Assembly (NCBI GenBank): GCA_051313645.2
Contig: JBNRSN020000001.1
Span: 238,142,001 to 238,206,000 of the forward strand
Direction: 5' to 3'
DNA: 64,000 nt
From: Centroscyllium fabricii
Lineage: Eukaryota
Shown: piece after piece, positions 34,604 through 47,301 of the stretch
How positions within the stretch are numbered: position 1 is the stretch's first letter
Layout: each line of letters opens with the position of its first letter
Program-made: the position numbers and the translations under genes
Notes under the pieces: model-generated
Told to the model about the DNA's origin: nothing
What the model saw: only the letters and a program-made list of their open reading frames with translations
Databases searched by the model: none

Positions 34604-37600
34604 ATGGAGAGCAACGCAGTGAAACCGGACCGCCTCGATATCAACCCTCAGACGCCCGATGTGGCAAAAAATTCGAACATTGGTTGGGATGTGTTGAGGC
34701 CTACATGAAGGCCGTGAAGGCGACCAGCGAGGAGGACAAACTCCAAGTACTGGCATCCAAGATCAGCGGCCGGGTGTATTCACTCATCAGAGGCATCAAG
34801 ACCTATAAAGAAGCTGCCAAGAAGGTGAAGGACTGCTATATGCGCCCGGTCCACTCGGTTTATGGCAGACACATATTGGCGATCAGAAGGCAGTGGCTGG
34901 GTGAGTCAAACGAACAAATTTTGTTAGCGCTCCAAGCCCTCGTACGGGCCTGCGACATCAAGGCAACAACGGCCGAGGAAGGGACCAATCTCCTGGTCTG
35001 TGATGTATATGCAGCAGGACTCAGGTCCAGCCAGGCCCGACAACGGCTGCTGGAACAAGAGACTCTATCGCTCGAGTCCGCTATCATGCTGTCTAATGCA
35101 GTGGACGGAGCGCTCAAGCATATGGATGCTTACAAGGACAATGACTCTCACGCGGGCCCACCTAACCTCTGGGCGCCACAGACACGGGCCGAAGCCCCAA
35201 CGACAGCAGCGGCAGCTGCGAAGATGCTGGCAGGTCCCAAGTGCTACTTCTGCGACCAGGTGAAACACCCGCGAGCGCTGTGCCCCGCGAGGAACGCGAC
35301 CTGCGCGAGGTACGGGAAGAAGGGACATTTTGCGAAGGCTTGCAAGTCCAGCCCAACCTCACGACCCAACAGCGCGGCCTGCGAAGCCAATGATGCCACT
35401 CTGTGGCCACAGTTACGGTGCTGCAGCGCGACCCAACAGCGGTCAGCCGGGTGCAAATTGCGGGAGCCGCCATCACTTTTAAAATCACGGCGGCGGCCGG
35501 CCGCGCGCGCGGCACAGGTGCCGCCATCTTCAGCGCAACCGTGGCCGGCCATGTGTGACCCACCAGTGCCGCCATCGCCCACACAGCGGTCAGCCGCGTG
35601 CGAACCATGGACGCCGCCATCTTGCCCCCAGCGATCAGCCGCGTGCGAACCACGGGCGCCACCATCTTACCCTCAGCGGTCTGCCGCGTGCGAATCACGG
35701 GCGCCGCCATCTTTGTAACAACAACGGCCAGACACATGCGAAACGCCAGCGCCGCCATCTTCGGAGCGGCCATCTTGCCACTCGCCCCAGACAGGGCCCC
35801 AGCTAGCGGAGGGCCCCCACACACACACAACATCGGCCTCAGCCACAGTCGATCAGGCCAGGCTGCACGCCCTATCCAACTCCATGATGGGGATCAAGGT
35901 GGAAGGGCACGCCACTAACTGCCTGTTCGACACCGGTAGCACAGAGAGCTTCATTCATCCCGACACAGTGCGGTGCTACGCACTGCAGACCCAGCCCACA
36001 CATTACCAAATCTCCCTAGCCTCAAAGTCCCACACAGCGGACAGCACCGGCTACTGCAGCATCACGCTCACCATCAGGGACCGCACTTACCGTAATTTTA
36101 AGCTGTACGTTCTCCCGCAGCTGTGCGCCCCAGTATTACTGGGACTGGATTTCCAGTGTCACCTGAAGAGCGTGACGATGGAATACGGTGGGTCCCTGGC
36201 CCCCCTCACCGTCAGTAGCCAGGACAGTCCCGACCTAACATGGCGCTCGACTTGCGGCCTGTCCACACTGAAAGTCGACCCCCCCCTCGCTGTTCGCCAA
36301 CCTCGACCTCAAGTGCAAACCCATTGCAACCAAAAGTCGGCGGTACAGTGCAGGGGACTGGGCGTTTATCAGGTCGGAGGTCGAGCGCCTGCTAAAGGAA
36401 GGGATCATTGAGGCCAGCACCAGCCCCTGGAGGGCCCAGGTTGTGGTGGTTAAGACAGGCGAGAAACTGCGCATGGTCATAGACTATAGCCAGACGATTA
36501 ACCGCTACACCGGGCTCGACGCCTACCCACTCCCCCGCATCTCGGATATGGTAAACCAGATCGCCCAGTACAAGGTCTTCTCCACGATTGAGCTCAAGTC
36601 AGCATATCACCAGCTTCCCATCCGGAATGCCGACCGCCGGTACACCGCCATCGAGGCGAACGGTCGGCTCTACCACTTCCTCCGGGTCCCCTTCGGCGTG
36701 ACCAACGGAGTGTCGGTCTTCCAACGGGAGATCGACCGGATGGTTGACCAAAACGAGTAGCAGGCCACTTTCCCCTACCTGGACAACATGACCATCTGCG
36801 GCCATGACCAGCAGGACCACGATGCCAACCTCGCCAAATTCCTTCACAGGGCCAAACGGCTGAACCTGATGTATAATATGGACAAGTGCGTCTTTAGTAC
36901 GGACCGGCTCGCCATCCTCGGCTACGTGGTGGAAAACGGGGTCCTCGGCCCCGATCCCCAACGTATGCGTCCCCTGCAGGAGCTGCCCTTACCCCACAAT
37001 CTCAAAGCCCTGAAGAGATGCCTGGGTTTTTTCTCCTATTACACACAATGAGTTCCCCAGTATGCTGATACGGCCAGACCTCTCCTCAAGGCCGACTTCT
37101 TCCCACTCCCGGCAGAAGCCTAAACGGCATTCGCCCATTTCAAGGAAGACATCATCAAGGCAACCATGCACGCCGTTGATGAGTCCATCCCCTTCCAGGT
37201 GGAAAGCGACGCATCGGACTTTGCCCTCGCCGCCACCCTCAACCAGGCGGGCAGGCCCGTAGCGTTCTTCTCCCGGACCCTACAGGGACCCGAAATTCGC
37301 CACTCCTCAGTGAAAAAGGAGGCCCAGGCTATTGTGGAGGCAGTGCGCTACTGGTGCCACTACCTGGCCGGGAAGAGATTTACCCTACCCACCGACCAAC
37401 GGTCGGTGGCGTTTATGTTTAACACTAAACATCGGGGTAAAATTAAGAATGATAAGATCCTTCGGTGGCGGATTGAGCTCTCGACGTACGAGTACGACAT
37501 TCTTTACCGTCCAGGTAAGCTCAACGAGCCCCCGGATGCCCTGTCCAGGGGAACGTGCGCCAGCGCCCAGCTTGACCGGCTGCAGGACCTCCACGATCGC

Positions 37601-38256
37601 CTCTGCCACTCGGGTGTCACCAGACTCACCCAATTTGTCAAGTCCCGTAGCCTCCCCTACTCCATCTCGGAGATCAAGGCTATGACCAAAGAGTGCCCTG
37701 TCTGCGCTGAATGCAAACCCCAATTTTACAGGCCAGACAGGGCGCACATCATCAAGGCCACCCTCCCCTTCGAGCGCCTGAGTGTGGACTTCAAAGGTCC
37801 TCTCCCCTCCACTGACCGCAACTCGTATTTCCTCACAGTCATCGACGAGTTCTCCCGCTTCCCCTTTGCCTTCCCCTGCCCAGATATGACGAGCGTAACG
37901 GTGATCAAACTCTTCACCACGTTGTTCGCCATTTTCGGTCTCCCCAGCTACATCCACAGCGACCGGGGGTCGTCGTTCATGAGCGACGAGCTGTGTCAGT
38001 TTCTGCTCCAGAAGGCGATTGCCTCGAGCAGAACAACCAGTTACAACGCCTGGGGGAACGGCCAGGTAGAACGGGATGATCTGGAGGGCGGTCACCCTGG
38101 CCCTGAAGTCCAGAAGCCTTCCAGTATCCCGTTGGCAGCAGGTCCTCCCAGACGCGCTCCATTCCATCCGCTCTCTGCTGTGCACCACTACCAATGCCAC
38201 ACCTCATGAACAATTGTTTTCCTTCCCCAGGAAATCGACTTCGGGGACAGCACTCC
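34604..38256 (+). pseudogene. gag-pol: Gypsy D gag-pol, multiple stops/frameshifts; resumes at 42999-43427
   Basis: Gag knuckles, LFDTGS, YLDN, DASD and integrase motifs; closely related to B. Confidence 0.9.
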
Positions 38257-41200
38257 TGTGGTAACCATTCTACTATACCACTGTACCATTATGGCTAATG
38301 ATGGGCTGTGCAGATGTTAGGCACAGCCCTGTATACTGCGACACTGTTGGGAGCCAGGTCAGCCACACCTCCAACTCCTCCCCCAGGTGAGGCCCCGTTA
38401 TAGGTGGGATCTGACCGAGGCTCCTTCATTCCTGTACTGTAGTTCGTCTGGAGAGTAGCTCCGTACTTAGCAATTAAAAGCCTTTAGTTTCGGTAACTAC
38501 GCGTCGACTCTTTTAATCGAAGATATTGACGATACGTCAATTTTAATTGCTAATTATTTTTAAATGGAGAGCAGCACAGTTAAACCTGAGAAGCTGGACA
38601 TCAGTCCCCAGGACCCTGCCGCTGCCGCCACCTACGAACACTGGTTCGGCCTCCTGGAGGCCTACATGGACGCCGCCAAGGCTACATCAGACAGGGACAA
38701 GCTGCATGTCCTACGATCGAGGATCTCCAGCAGGGTATTCACCCTCATCAGGAACGCCTCAACCTACGTAGCGACTGTACAAATTCTGAAGAAATGTTAC
38801 GAGCGCCCGGTCCATTCAGTCTACGCCCGACATGTGCTGGCGACCAGATCTCAGCTACAGGGTGAGTCCAATGAGGAGTTCGAGCAAGCGCTCCTGGCCC
38901 TGGTACGGGTCTGTGGCTGCAAAAACACAACAGTTGAAGAGGAGGAAGAACTCCTCGTTCGGGACGCTTATGTTACAGGACTGAGGTGTGTGGAAGCCCG
39001 CCAGCGGCTACTAGAGAAAGACGAATTATCCCTCGAGGAGGCGACGAAGATAGCCAAATCAGTAGAGGGGGCCCGAAGCAAGTTACAGGCGTACAGTGGC
39101 ACTAACCCGCAAGCCTACAACATATGGGCCGCGCCACAACAGGCCCAGGCCTGGGCGCCACGGGCCGAGGCCCCCACGATGGCCGCGACGGCCACTAAAG
39201 ACACTAAAGACAAGCGCTGCTACTCCTGCAGCCAGGGACTGCACCCTAGAGCGAAATGCCCAGCCAGGACAGCGACCTGCGAGAAATGTGCGAAGAAGGG
39301 ACACTACGCTAAAGCCTGCAGATCAGCTCCAGCAGCGCCCAACTCAAGGTACAACAGTGCAGCCTGTGAGAGCACCGACAGACACCAGGTAAGCTGCAAT
39401 AGCAGCGCGATCCAGCGACGGTACGGGGGTAGACAACAAGCGCCCCCATCCCCCACCCCGGTGCGGCAAACCCCCCAACGCGGCCGGCTGCGTGCGAATC
39501 ACGGGCACCGCCAACCCGACCACCGCGGCCCGCTGCGTGCGAATCACGGGCACCGCCAACCCGATCACCGCGGTCCGCTGCGTGTGAATCACAGGCGCCG
39601 CCAGCGCGTTCACAGGGCCCGACCGTGTGCGTCCCCTCGGAAACGCCATTTTGTAACCAGAGCCCCTCCATGTGCGAGCCAGAGGCGACGCCATCTGGTA
39701 TCCAGGGCCCCTCCATGTGCGAGCCAGGGGTGCCGCCATCTTGTATCCAGGGCCCCTCCATGTGCGAGCCAGGGGCGCCGCCATCTTGTGCACAGCCCCG
39801 ATCAGCAGGGGCTGCGGCAGCCAGAATCAGAGTTAGCCAGGGCAGGCCCCATACCCTGTCTAACTCCATAATGCCGATTACCATTAATAATCATACTGTC
39901 GACTGCCTTTTCGACACAGGCAGCACTGAGAGTTTCGTTCACCCTGATACAGTGCGGCGCTGCAGACTGCAGGTCCTGCCCACCAACTACCAAGTCTCCC
40001 TAGCTTCACAGTCCCACACCGCGGACGTCACCGGCTACTGCTCCGTCACGCTCACTGTCAAGGGGCGCGTGTACTGTAATTTTAAATTGTATACCCTCCA
40101 ACAGCTGTGTGCCCCAGCCTTACTAGGTTTGGATTTCCAGTGCCACTTCAGGAGCGTGACAATGGAGTTCGGCGGGACCTTACCCCCCCCTCACCGTCAG
40201 TAGCCGGGACAATCTCCCCCCAAAGCGGAGCCCGGCCTGCGGCCTCTCAACCCTGAGAATCGACCCCCCCTCGCTGTTCGCCAACCTCGATCCGAAGTGC
40301 AAACCCATTGCCACTAAGAGTTGGCGGTACAGTGAGGGGGATCGCACGTTTATCAGGTCGGAGGTCGGGCGGATGCTGAAGGAGGGGATAATTGAAGCCA
40401 GCACCAGCCCCTGGCGTGCCCAAGTTGTAGTGGTGAAGTCTGGCAAAAAACAGTGGCTGGTTATCGATTACAGCCAGACTATCAACCGCTACACCGGGCT
40501 CGACGCCTACCCCCTCCCCCGCATCTCGGAAATGGTCAATCAGATCGCCCAGTACAAGGTGTTCTCTACGATCGACCTTAAATCGGCGTATCATCAGCTC
40601 CCGATTCGGAAAGCCGACCGCCCCTACACCGCCTTCGAGGCGAACGGTCGGCTCTACCACTTCCTCCAGGTCCCCTTTGGCGTGACCAACGGAGTGTCAG
40701 TGTTCCAACGGGAGATGGACCGTATGGTTGACCAAAACGACTTGCAGGCCACTTTCCCTTACCTGGACAACGTGACCATCTGCGGCCACGACCAGCAGGA
40801 CCACGATGCCAATCTGGCCAAATTCCTCGCCACGGCGGACAAGCTGAACCTTACGTATAACAAGGACAAATGTGTCTTTAATACAGCCCGGCTTGCCATC
40901 CTCGGATACGTGGTGGAGAACGGGCTCCTCGGCCCCGACCCACAGCGTATGCGCCCCTTACAGGAACTGCCCCTACCTCACAACCCCAAAGCCTTGAGGA
41001 GATCCCTAGGATTTTTCTCCTATTATGCACAATGGGTCCCACAGTTCGCAGATAAGGCTAGACCACTCCTCAAGGCTGCCGTCTTCCCCCTTTCTGTAGA
41101 AGCCCAAACGGCATTCGCAAGGATAAAGGAAGATATTATCAAGGCGACCATGCTCGCTGTTGATGAATCCATCCCTTTCCAGGTGGAGAGCGACGCTTCG

Positions 41201-42998
41201 GACTTTGCCCTTGCTGCCACCCTGAATCAGGCAGGCAGGCCCGTAGCGTTTTTCTCCCGCACCTTACAGGGACCCGAAACTCGCCACTCAGCAGTGGAAA
41301 AGGAGGCCCAGGCCATCGTGGAGGCCGTGCGCTGCTGGCGTCATTACCTGGCCGGTAAGCGTTTTACCCTGCTCACCGACCAACGGTCGGTCGCGTTTAT
41401 GTTTAACAATAAACAACGGGGTAAAATCAAGAATGATAAGATCCTGCTGTGGCGGATCGAACTCTCGACTTACGAGTACGACATTCTTTACCGACCAGGC
41501 AAACTCAACGAACCCCCGGGCGCACTGTCCAGGGGACCCTGCGCCAGTGCCCAGCTAGACCGGCTGAAGGACCTCCACGACCGCCTCTGCCACCCGGGTG
41601 TCACCAGACTCGCCCATTTCGTTAAATCCCGTAGCCTCCCCTACTCCATCACGGAGATCAAGGCTATGACCCGAGAGTGCCCTGTCTGCGCCGAGTGCAA
41701 ACCCCATTTTTTCCGGGCAGACACGGCGCACCTCATTAAGGCCACCCGCCCCTTTGAACGTCTCAGCGTGGACTTCAAGGGCCCCCTCCCTTCCACCGAC
41801 CGCAACTCATACTTCCTCACGGTAGTGGATGAGTTCTCCCGCTTCCCCTTCGCCTTCCCCTGCCCAGACATGACGAGCGCAACGGTGATCAAACACTTCA
41901 CCACGCTGTTCGCCATTTTCAGTCTCCCCAGCTACATCCATAGCGACCGGGGGTCATCGTTCATGAGCGATGAACTGCGCCAGTTTCTGCTCCAGAGAGG
42001 GGTTGCCACGAGCAGAACGACCAGTTATAACCCCCGGGGGAACGGCCAGGTAGAAAGGGAGAATGGGATTATCTGGAAGGCGGTCACCCTGGCTCTCAAG
42101 TCCAGAGGCCTTCCAGTGTCCCATTGGCAGGCAGTCCTCCCAGACGCGCTGCACTCTATTCGATCTCTGTTATGTACTGCCACTAACGCCACCCCGCACG
42201 ATTTGATTTTCTCTTTTAACAGGAGGTCGACTTCGGGGACAGCTCTCCCTCCATGGCTGACGACTCCGGGGCCGGTTTTGCTTAGAAGGCACATCCGGAG
42301 CCACAAGACAGACCCCCTGGTGGACAAGGTACAGCTCCTACACGCGAACCCGCACTACGCCTTCGTGCGGTTCCCGGACGGGCGTGAGGACACCGTGTCC
42401 ATCAGGGACCTCGCTCCCGCAGGAAGCACCACTGCAGAGCCCCCGGCCGGCCAGCAGGCCGATCAACCACCAGACGCACGATGGCCCCCGAGTTTCCCCG
42501 ACTACGACCCGGACGGCGGGGACCAGCCGAGCCCACCGCCACCTGAAGTCACAGCGCCGGCAGATGCGGGCTATTCGACCCAGGAGGCACCACCACCAAC
42601 ACCGGAGCGCCGGCGGTCCTCCAGGCAGACACGACCGCCGGACAGACTTATCGTAAACTGTTCGACCCATTCACCCCCCCCGGACTCAAAGTTTTTAAGA
42701 AGGGGTGAATGTGGTAACCATTGTATGTCTACCATACCGCTGTACCATTGTGGCTAATGATTGGCTGTGCAGATGTTAGGCACAGCCCTGTATACTGTGA
42801 CACTGTTGGGAGCCAGGTCAGCCACACCTCCAACTCCTCCCCCAGGTGAGGCCCCGTTATAGGTGGGATCTGACCGAGGCTCCTTCATTCCTGTACTGTA
42901 GTTCGTCTGGAGAGTAGCTCCGTTCTTAGCAATTAAAAGCCTTTAGTTTCGGTAACTACGCGTCGACTCTTTTAATCGAAGATATTGACGATACGTCA
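38257..42998 (+). mobile_element. Ty3/Gypsy element E, nested in the integrase of D
   Basis: LTRs 38257-38539 and 42710-42998; TSD ACTCC. Confidence 0.95.
38564..42757 (+). CDS. gag-pol: Gypsy E gag-pol, near-intact, with two frameshifts close to C-runs (about 39470 and 40190)
   Basis: ORFs 38564-39871 (gag), 39625-40203 (protease), 40373-42757 (RT-RH-IN, 794 aa). Confidence 0.88.
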
Positions 42999-43541
42999 AC
43001 TCCCACTGTGGCTGACCACCCCGGGGCTGGTCTTGCTTAGGAAGCACGTCCGCAGCCACAAGACGGACCCCCTGGTGGAACGGGTGCACCTGCTCCACGC
43101 CAAACCACAATATGCGTACGTGGCATACCGGACGGGCGCGAAGACACGGTCTCAATCAGAGACTTGGCGCCCGCCGGGACCACGATCACAGAACCCCCGG
43201 TTGAGCCTCAGCTCCACCAGCCACCACCCACCGAACACTGGCCCCCATACACACACATACCAGGGCCCTCGACATCAACGGCCGACGAACAGAAGTCGGA
43301 CATCACACCGCTGCCACCATTGGCGGACGACACGACCCCGACCCCGCGACCAGAATCACCATCACCGGCACCCCGTCGGTCCCTCAGACAGACACGGCCA
43401 CCCGAGAAACTGATCACAGAATGCTAAATTGCCAACTGTGTTAGCGCATGTTCACCCCGCCGGACTCATTTTTAAAGAAGGGGTGAATGTGGTAAACCTG
43501 TATTTCACCACTGTATTGTACCACTGTAATGGTACCATAAT

Positions 43542-44717
43542 CATAGAATCATAGAATCATAGAAGATAGGAGCAGGAGTAGGCCACTCGGCCCTTCGAGC
43601 CTGCTCCGCCATTCAACGAGATCATGGCTGATCTTACATGTTCAGTACCCAGTCCCTGCCTTCTCCCCATATCCCTTAATCCCTTTAGCCTGAAGAAATA
43701 TATCCAGTTCCCTCTTGAATATATTCAATGAACCGGCCTCCACCGCCCTCTGTGGCAAGGAATTCCACAGGTTCACCACTCTCTGTGTGAAGAATTTCCT
43801 CCTCATCTCAGTCCTACAAGGCTTACCCCTTATCCTTAGACTATGCCCCCTGGTTCTCGACTCCCCGGCCATCGGAATCATCCTTTCTGCATCTAACCTG
43901 TCCACGCCTGACAGAATTTTATAAGTCTCGATGAGATCCCCTCTTAATCTTCTAAACTCCAGCGAATATAAGCCCAGACTACACAATCTCTCCTCATAAG
44001 TCATTCCTGCCATCCCAGGTATCAGCCTGGTGAATCGTCGCTGTACTCCCTCCATGGCAAGAACATCCTTACTCAGATGCGGCGACCAAAACTGCACACA
44101 ATACTCAAGGTGTGGCCTCACCAAGACCCTGTACAGCTGCAGCAAGACATCCCTATTCCTATACTCAAACCCTCTTGATATAAAGGCCAACATACCATTT
44201 GCCTTTTTAACCGCCTGCTGCACCTGCATGCTCACCTTCAGTGACTGGTGCACAAGAACTCCCAGATCTCTTTGCACTTCCCCATCTCCCAATCTATTGC
44301 CGTTCAAATAATACTCTGCCTTTCTGTTTTTGCTACCAAAGTGGATAACCTCACATTTATCCACATTATAGTGCATTTGCCATGTGTTCGCCCAATCCCC
44401 CAATCTGTCCAGGTCGCTCTGGAGCTTCCCGACATCCTCCTCAGAGCATACTCCCCCTCCAAGCTTAGTGTCATCTGCGAATTTGGAGATGTTACATCCA
44501 ATTCCCTCATCCAGGTCATTAATATATATTGTGAACAGCTGGGGTCCCAGTACCGACCCCTGTGGCACCCCACTAGTCACTGCCCGCCAATCAGAAAACG
44601 ACCCGTTTATCCCAACTCTCTGTTTTCTATCTGCCAACCAGTTCTCTATCCATGCCAATACCTTGCCCCCAATCTCATGAGCCTTAATTTTGCCTGCCAA
44701 TCTCCTATGAGGGACCT
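43542..44717 (-). mobile_element. Young 5'-truncated CR1 LINE inserted in the 3' LTR of D
   Basis: Open 352-aa RT ORF 43642-44700 (GVPQGSVLGP, KFADDTK, RPHLEYCVQFWSP); (ATTCTATG)n tail; TSD ATAAT. Confidence 0.95.
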
Positions 44718-44937
44718 ATAATGCACCACTGTACATATGTAGATATTGGTATACAGGAGCCTGCCTCAGCTGACCCACCTCTGACTCCTCCCCTGAGTCC
44801 AGGTATATAGGTAATTGCCTACCATCCCCTGGTCAGTACAGACCCGAGCTCAGCTGAGACACGCTCCATTCTATAGTTAATAAAAGCCTTTAGTTGAGGT
44901 AACTATTTGTCTTTGTGTCTTAATCGACAATACGTCA

Positions 44938-46291
44938 GAGGCATTACCTGGCCGGAAAACGATTCACCCTGCTCACTGACCAGCGTTCAGTTGCTTTTAT
45001 GTTTAACAACAAGCAGAGGGGCAAAATCAAAAATGACAAGATTCTAAGGTGGACAATTGAGCTTTCCACCTATAACTATGATATCTTGTATCGGCCCAAG
45101 AAAATCAATGAGCCCCCGGATACTCTATCGCGAGGAACATGTGTCAACGCACAGGTTGATAGACTGCGGGCCCTCCACAATGACCTCTGCCACCCGGGGG
45201 TCACCAGGTTCTTCCATTTCATCAAGGCCCGCAACCTGCCTTACTTGATTGAGGAGGTCAGGATCATGACCAGGAACTGCCAAGTCTGTGCCGAGTGCAA
45301 ACCGCACCTTTATAGGCCAGACAGAGCACACCTGATCAAAGTCACCCGCCCTTTTGAGCGCCTGAGTGTTGATTTTAAAGGGCCCCGCCCCTCCTCTGAC
45401 CGCAATACGTACTTCCTCAATATCATTGACGAGTACTCCCGTTTTCCGTTTGCCAGCCCCTGCCCAGACATGACCAGTGCCACGGTCATCAAATGTCTGA
45501 ACGACCTCTTCGCCTTGTTTGGTTTCCCCAGCTATATCCATAGCGACTGGGGCTCATCGTTTATGAGTGCTGAGCTGCGCCACTATCTGCTCGTGAAAGG
45601 TATTGCCACGAGCAGGACCACCAGCTACAACCGGGGGAACGGACAGGTAGAAAGAGAGAACGCGACAGTTTGGAAGGCTGCCCTGCTAGCCTTAAAGTCT
45701 AGGGGCCTTCCGACCTCCCGCTGGCAGGAAGTCCTCCCCGATGCGCTCCACTCCATCAGGTCATTGCTCTGTACTGCCACTAATGCCACACCTCACGAAA
45801 AAATGTTTGTCTTTCCCAGGAAGTTCACATCAGGGACGTCGCTACCATTATGGCTGACGTCTCCAGGGCCCGTTCTACTCCGGAAACATGCAAGAGCCCA
45901 TAAAACGGACCCACTGGTCAAGAGGGTCAGCCTCCTCTACGCCAACCCCCAGTATGCATATGTTGCGTACCCTGACGGGCGGGAGGACACGGTCTCCATA
46001 AGAGACCTCACACCCTCGGGAGTCCCCATAGCCAACATCACCCACTACCCACCACCACTCCCCCCCACCATTCCCCACGACACACAAGTAGCACGTCTAG
46101 CCCCTGTGGACCACATGCCGAGGCCCCGCGACCCTCAATTGATCACCCACCCACTCAACACCGATGAGGACGACGCGCTGGTGCTCCGGCCCACACGGAA
46201 TTCGGCGCTGGAAGCGGCACCACCTCAACTGTCATCACGACTATCACGACGTCATACAAGACCCCCAGAAAGACTTAGCTGTACACTTTAA
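44938..46291 (+). pseudogene. pol: Gypsy C RNase H end + integrase
   Basis: 430-aa ORF with HHCC and DDE motifs; continues the frame interrupted at 34311. Confidence 0.9.
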
Positions 46292-46319
46292 TGCACTTCA
46301 CCCCGCCGGACTCATTTTA

Positions 46320-47039
46320 TGCCCCAGTTTCACTGGAGGCTACGAATTGCCGAATCGTGCCGATTGTGAAATTTGGCCGATTCGTGGGTAATTCTTGCGA
46401 TTCATAGTGGATTCGTAGTGGATTCGTAGCGGATTCGTAGCGGATTCGTAGAGTTCGCGGAAGTTCGCGGGATTTCCTTGAGGTTTCAAGAAAGTTTTTG
46501 TTTGTCAAAAAATTTCGTGGGAGGGTTCACGAATGCCCAATTCGTGATAGATTCCTAAACAATTCTTGACCCTTTCTTACCATTCTTAACCCTTTCTTAC
46601 CGTTCGTAACTGATTCGTAGTGGATTCCTAGTGCATTCTTGCCTATTCTTGGGCATTCTTGATTTTTTCAAATTCGTGGAAAAACGCCGAATTCATCACG
46701 AATGTCCACGAATGTCCACGAATGTCCACGAATGCACTACGAATGCACTACGAATGCAATTCGTAGATAATTCGTAGCTAATTCGTAGAATTCGTAACTA
46801 AATCGTGGAGGTCGTAGTGGATTCGTTAATTAATTCTTCATATTCGTGAGTGATTCGTACCTCATTCCTACAATAATTCGTGATAGATTCGTAACCTTGT
46901 CCAGAATCGCCAAGAATTCACCAAGAATCGCCAAGAATCAACAAAGAATTTTCGCATTTTTTGCAGAATCGCCAAGAATTTCGATTCTTGACGATTCTTG
47001 ATATTCTTGACATTCTTAGCCTCCAGTGAAACTGGGGCA
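46320..47039. mobile_element. 720-bp non-autonomous TIR DNA transposon (MITE)
   Basis: Perfect TIR TGCCCCAGTTTCACTGGAGGCTA / TAGCCTCCAGTGAAACTGGGGCA; TA duplication; interior of ATTCGT/ATTCTT/ACGAAT short repeats. Confidence 0.88.
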
Positions 47040-47055
47040 TAAAACAAGGGGTGAA

Positions 47056-47301
47056 TGTGGTAAACCACTGTTGTTCTCTATATGTTCACTCTTGCCCTGT
47101 GTGACAACCTGCCTGTGCATGCCTTTGCTGGCTCCGCACCTGGCTCCACCCACATGCCTTGGTATAAAGGTGGCTGCTCCCCAGCTCCCTGCATTCCCTG
47201 GATCGGTCGACCACTAGAGGCATGCTCTCGTTCTTAAGTTAATAAAAGCCTGTTGTTACTTTCCTAACTTCCAGTCTTTCTCAGTAATTGATAGTGTATC
47301 A
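47056..47301 (+). repeat. 3' LTR of Gypsy C
   Basis: Direct repeat of 33227-33473, preceded by PPT AAGGGGTGAA. Confidence 0.93.

Larger units (their letters stand above)
34312..44937 (+). mobile_element. Ty3/Gypsy element D, nested in the RNase H of C
   Basis: 5' LTR 34312-34580; 3' LTR 43488-44937 split by CR1; TSD GAGGC. Confidence 0.95.
33227..47301 (+). mobile_element. Ty3/Gypsy element C (internally deleted; hosts D, E, CR1 and a MITE)
   Basis: LTRs 33227-33473 and 47056-47301; TSD GAGGT. Confidence 0.93.

Noticed and set aside
39460-39490. Programmed gag-pol frameshift in element E
   Set aside because: Element A has gag-pol in a single frame; the shifts in B, D and E occur at different places, some in C homopolymers, so mutation or assembly error is more likely
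46380-46990. Short repeated units resembling a CRISPR-like or satellite array
   Set aside because: No constant repeat with unique spacers; bounded by TIRs, so it is a MITE interior
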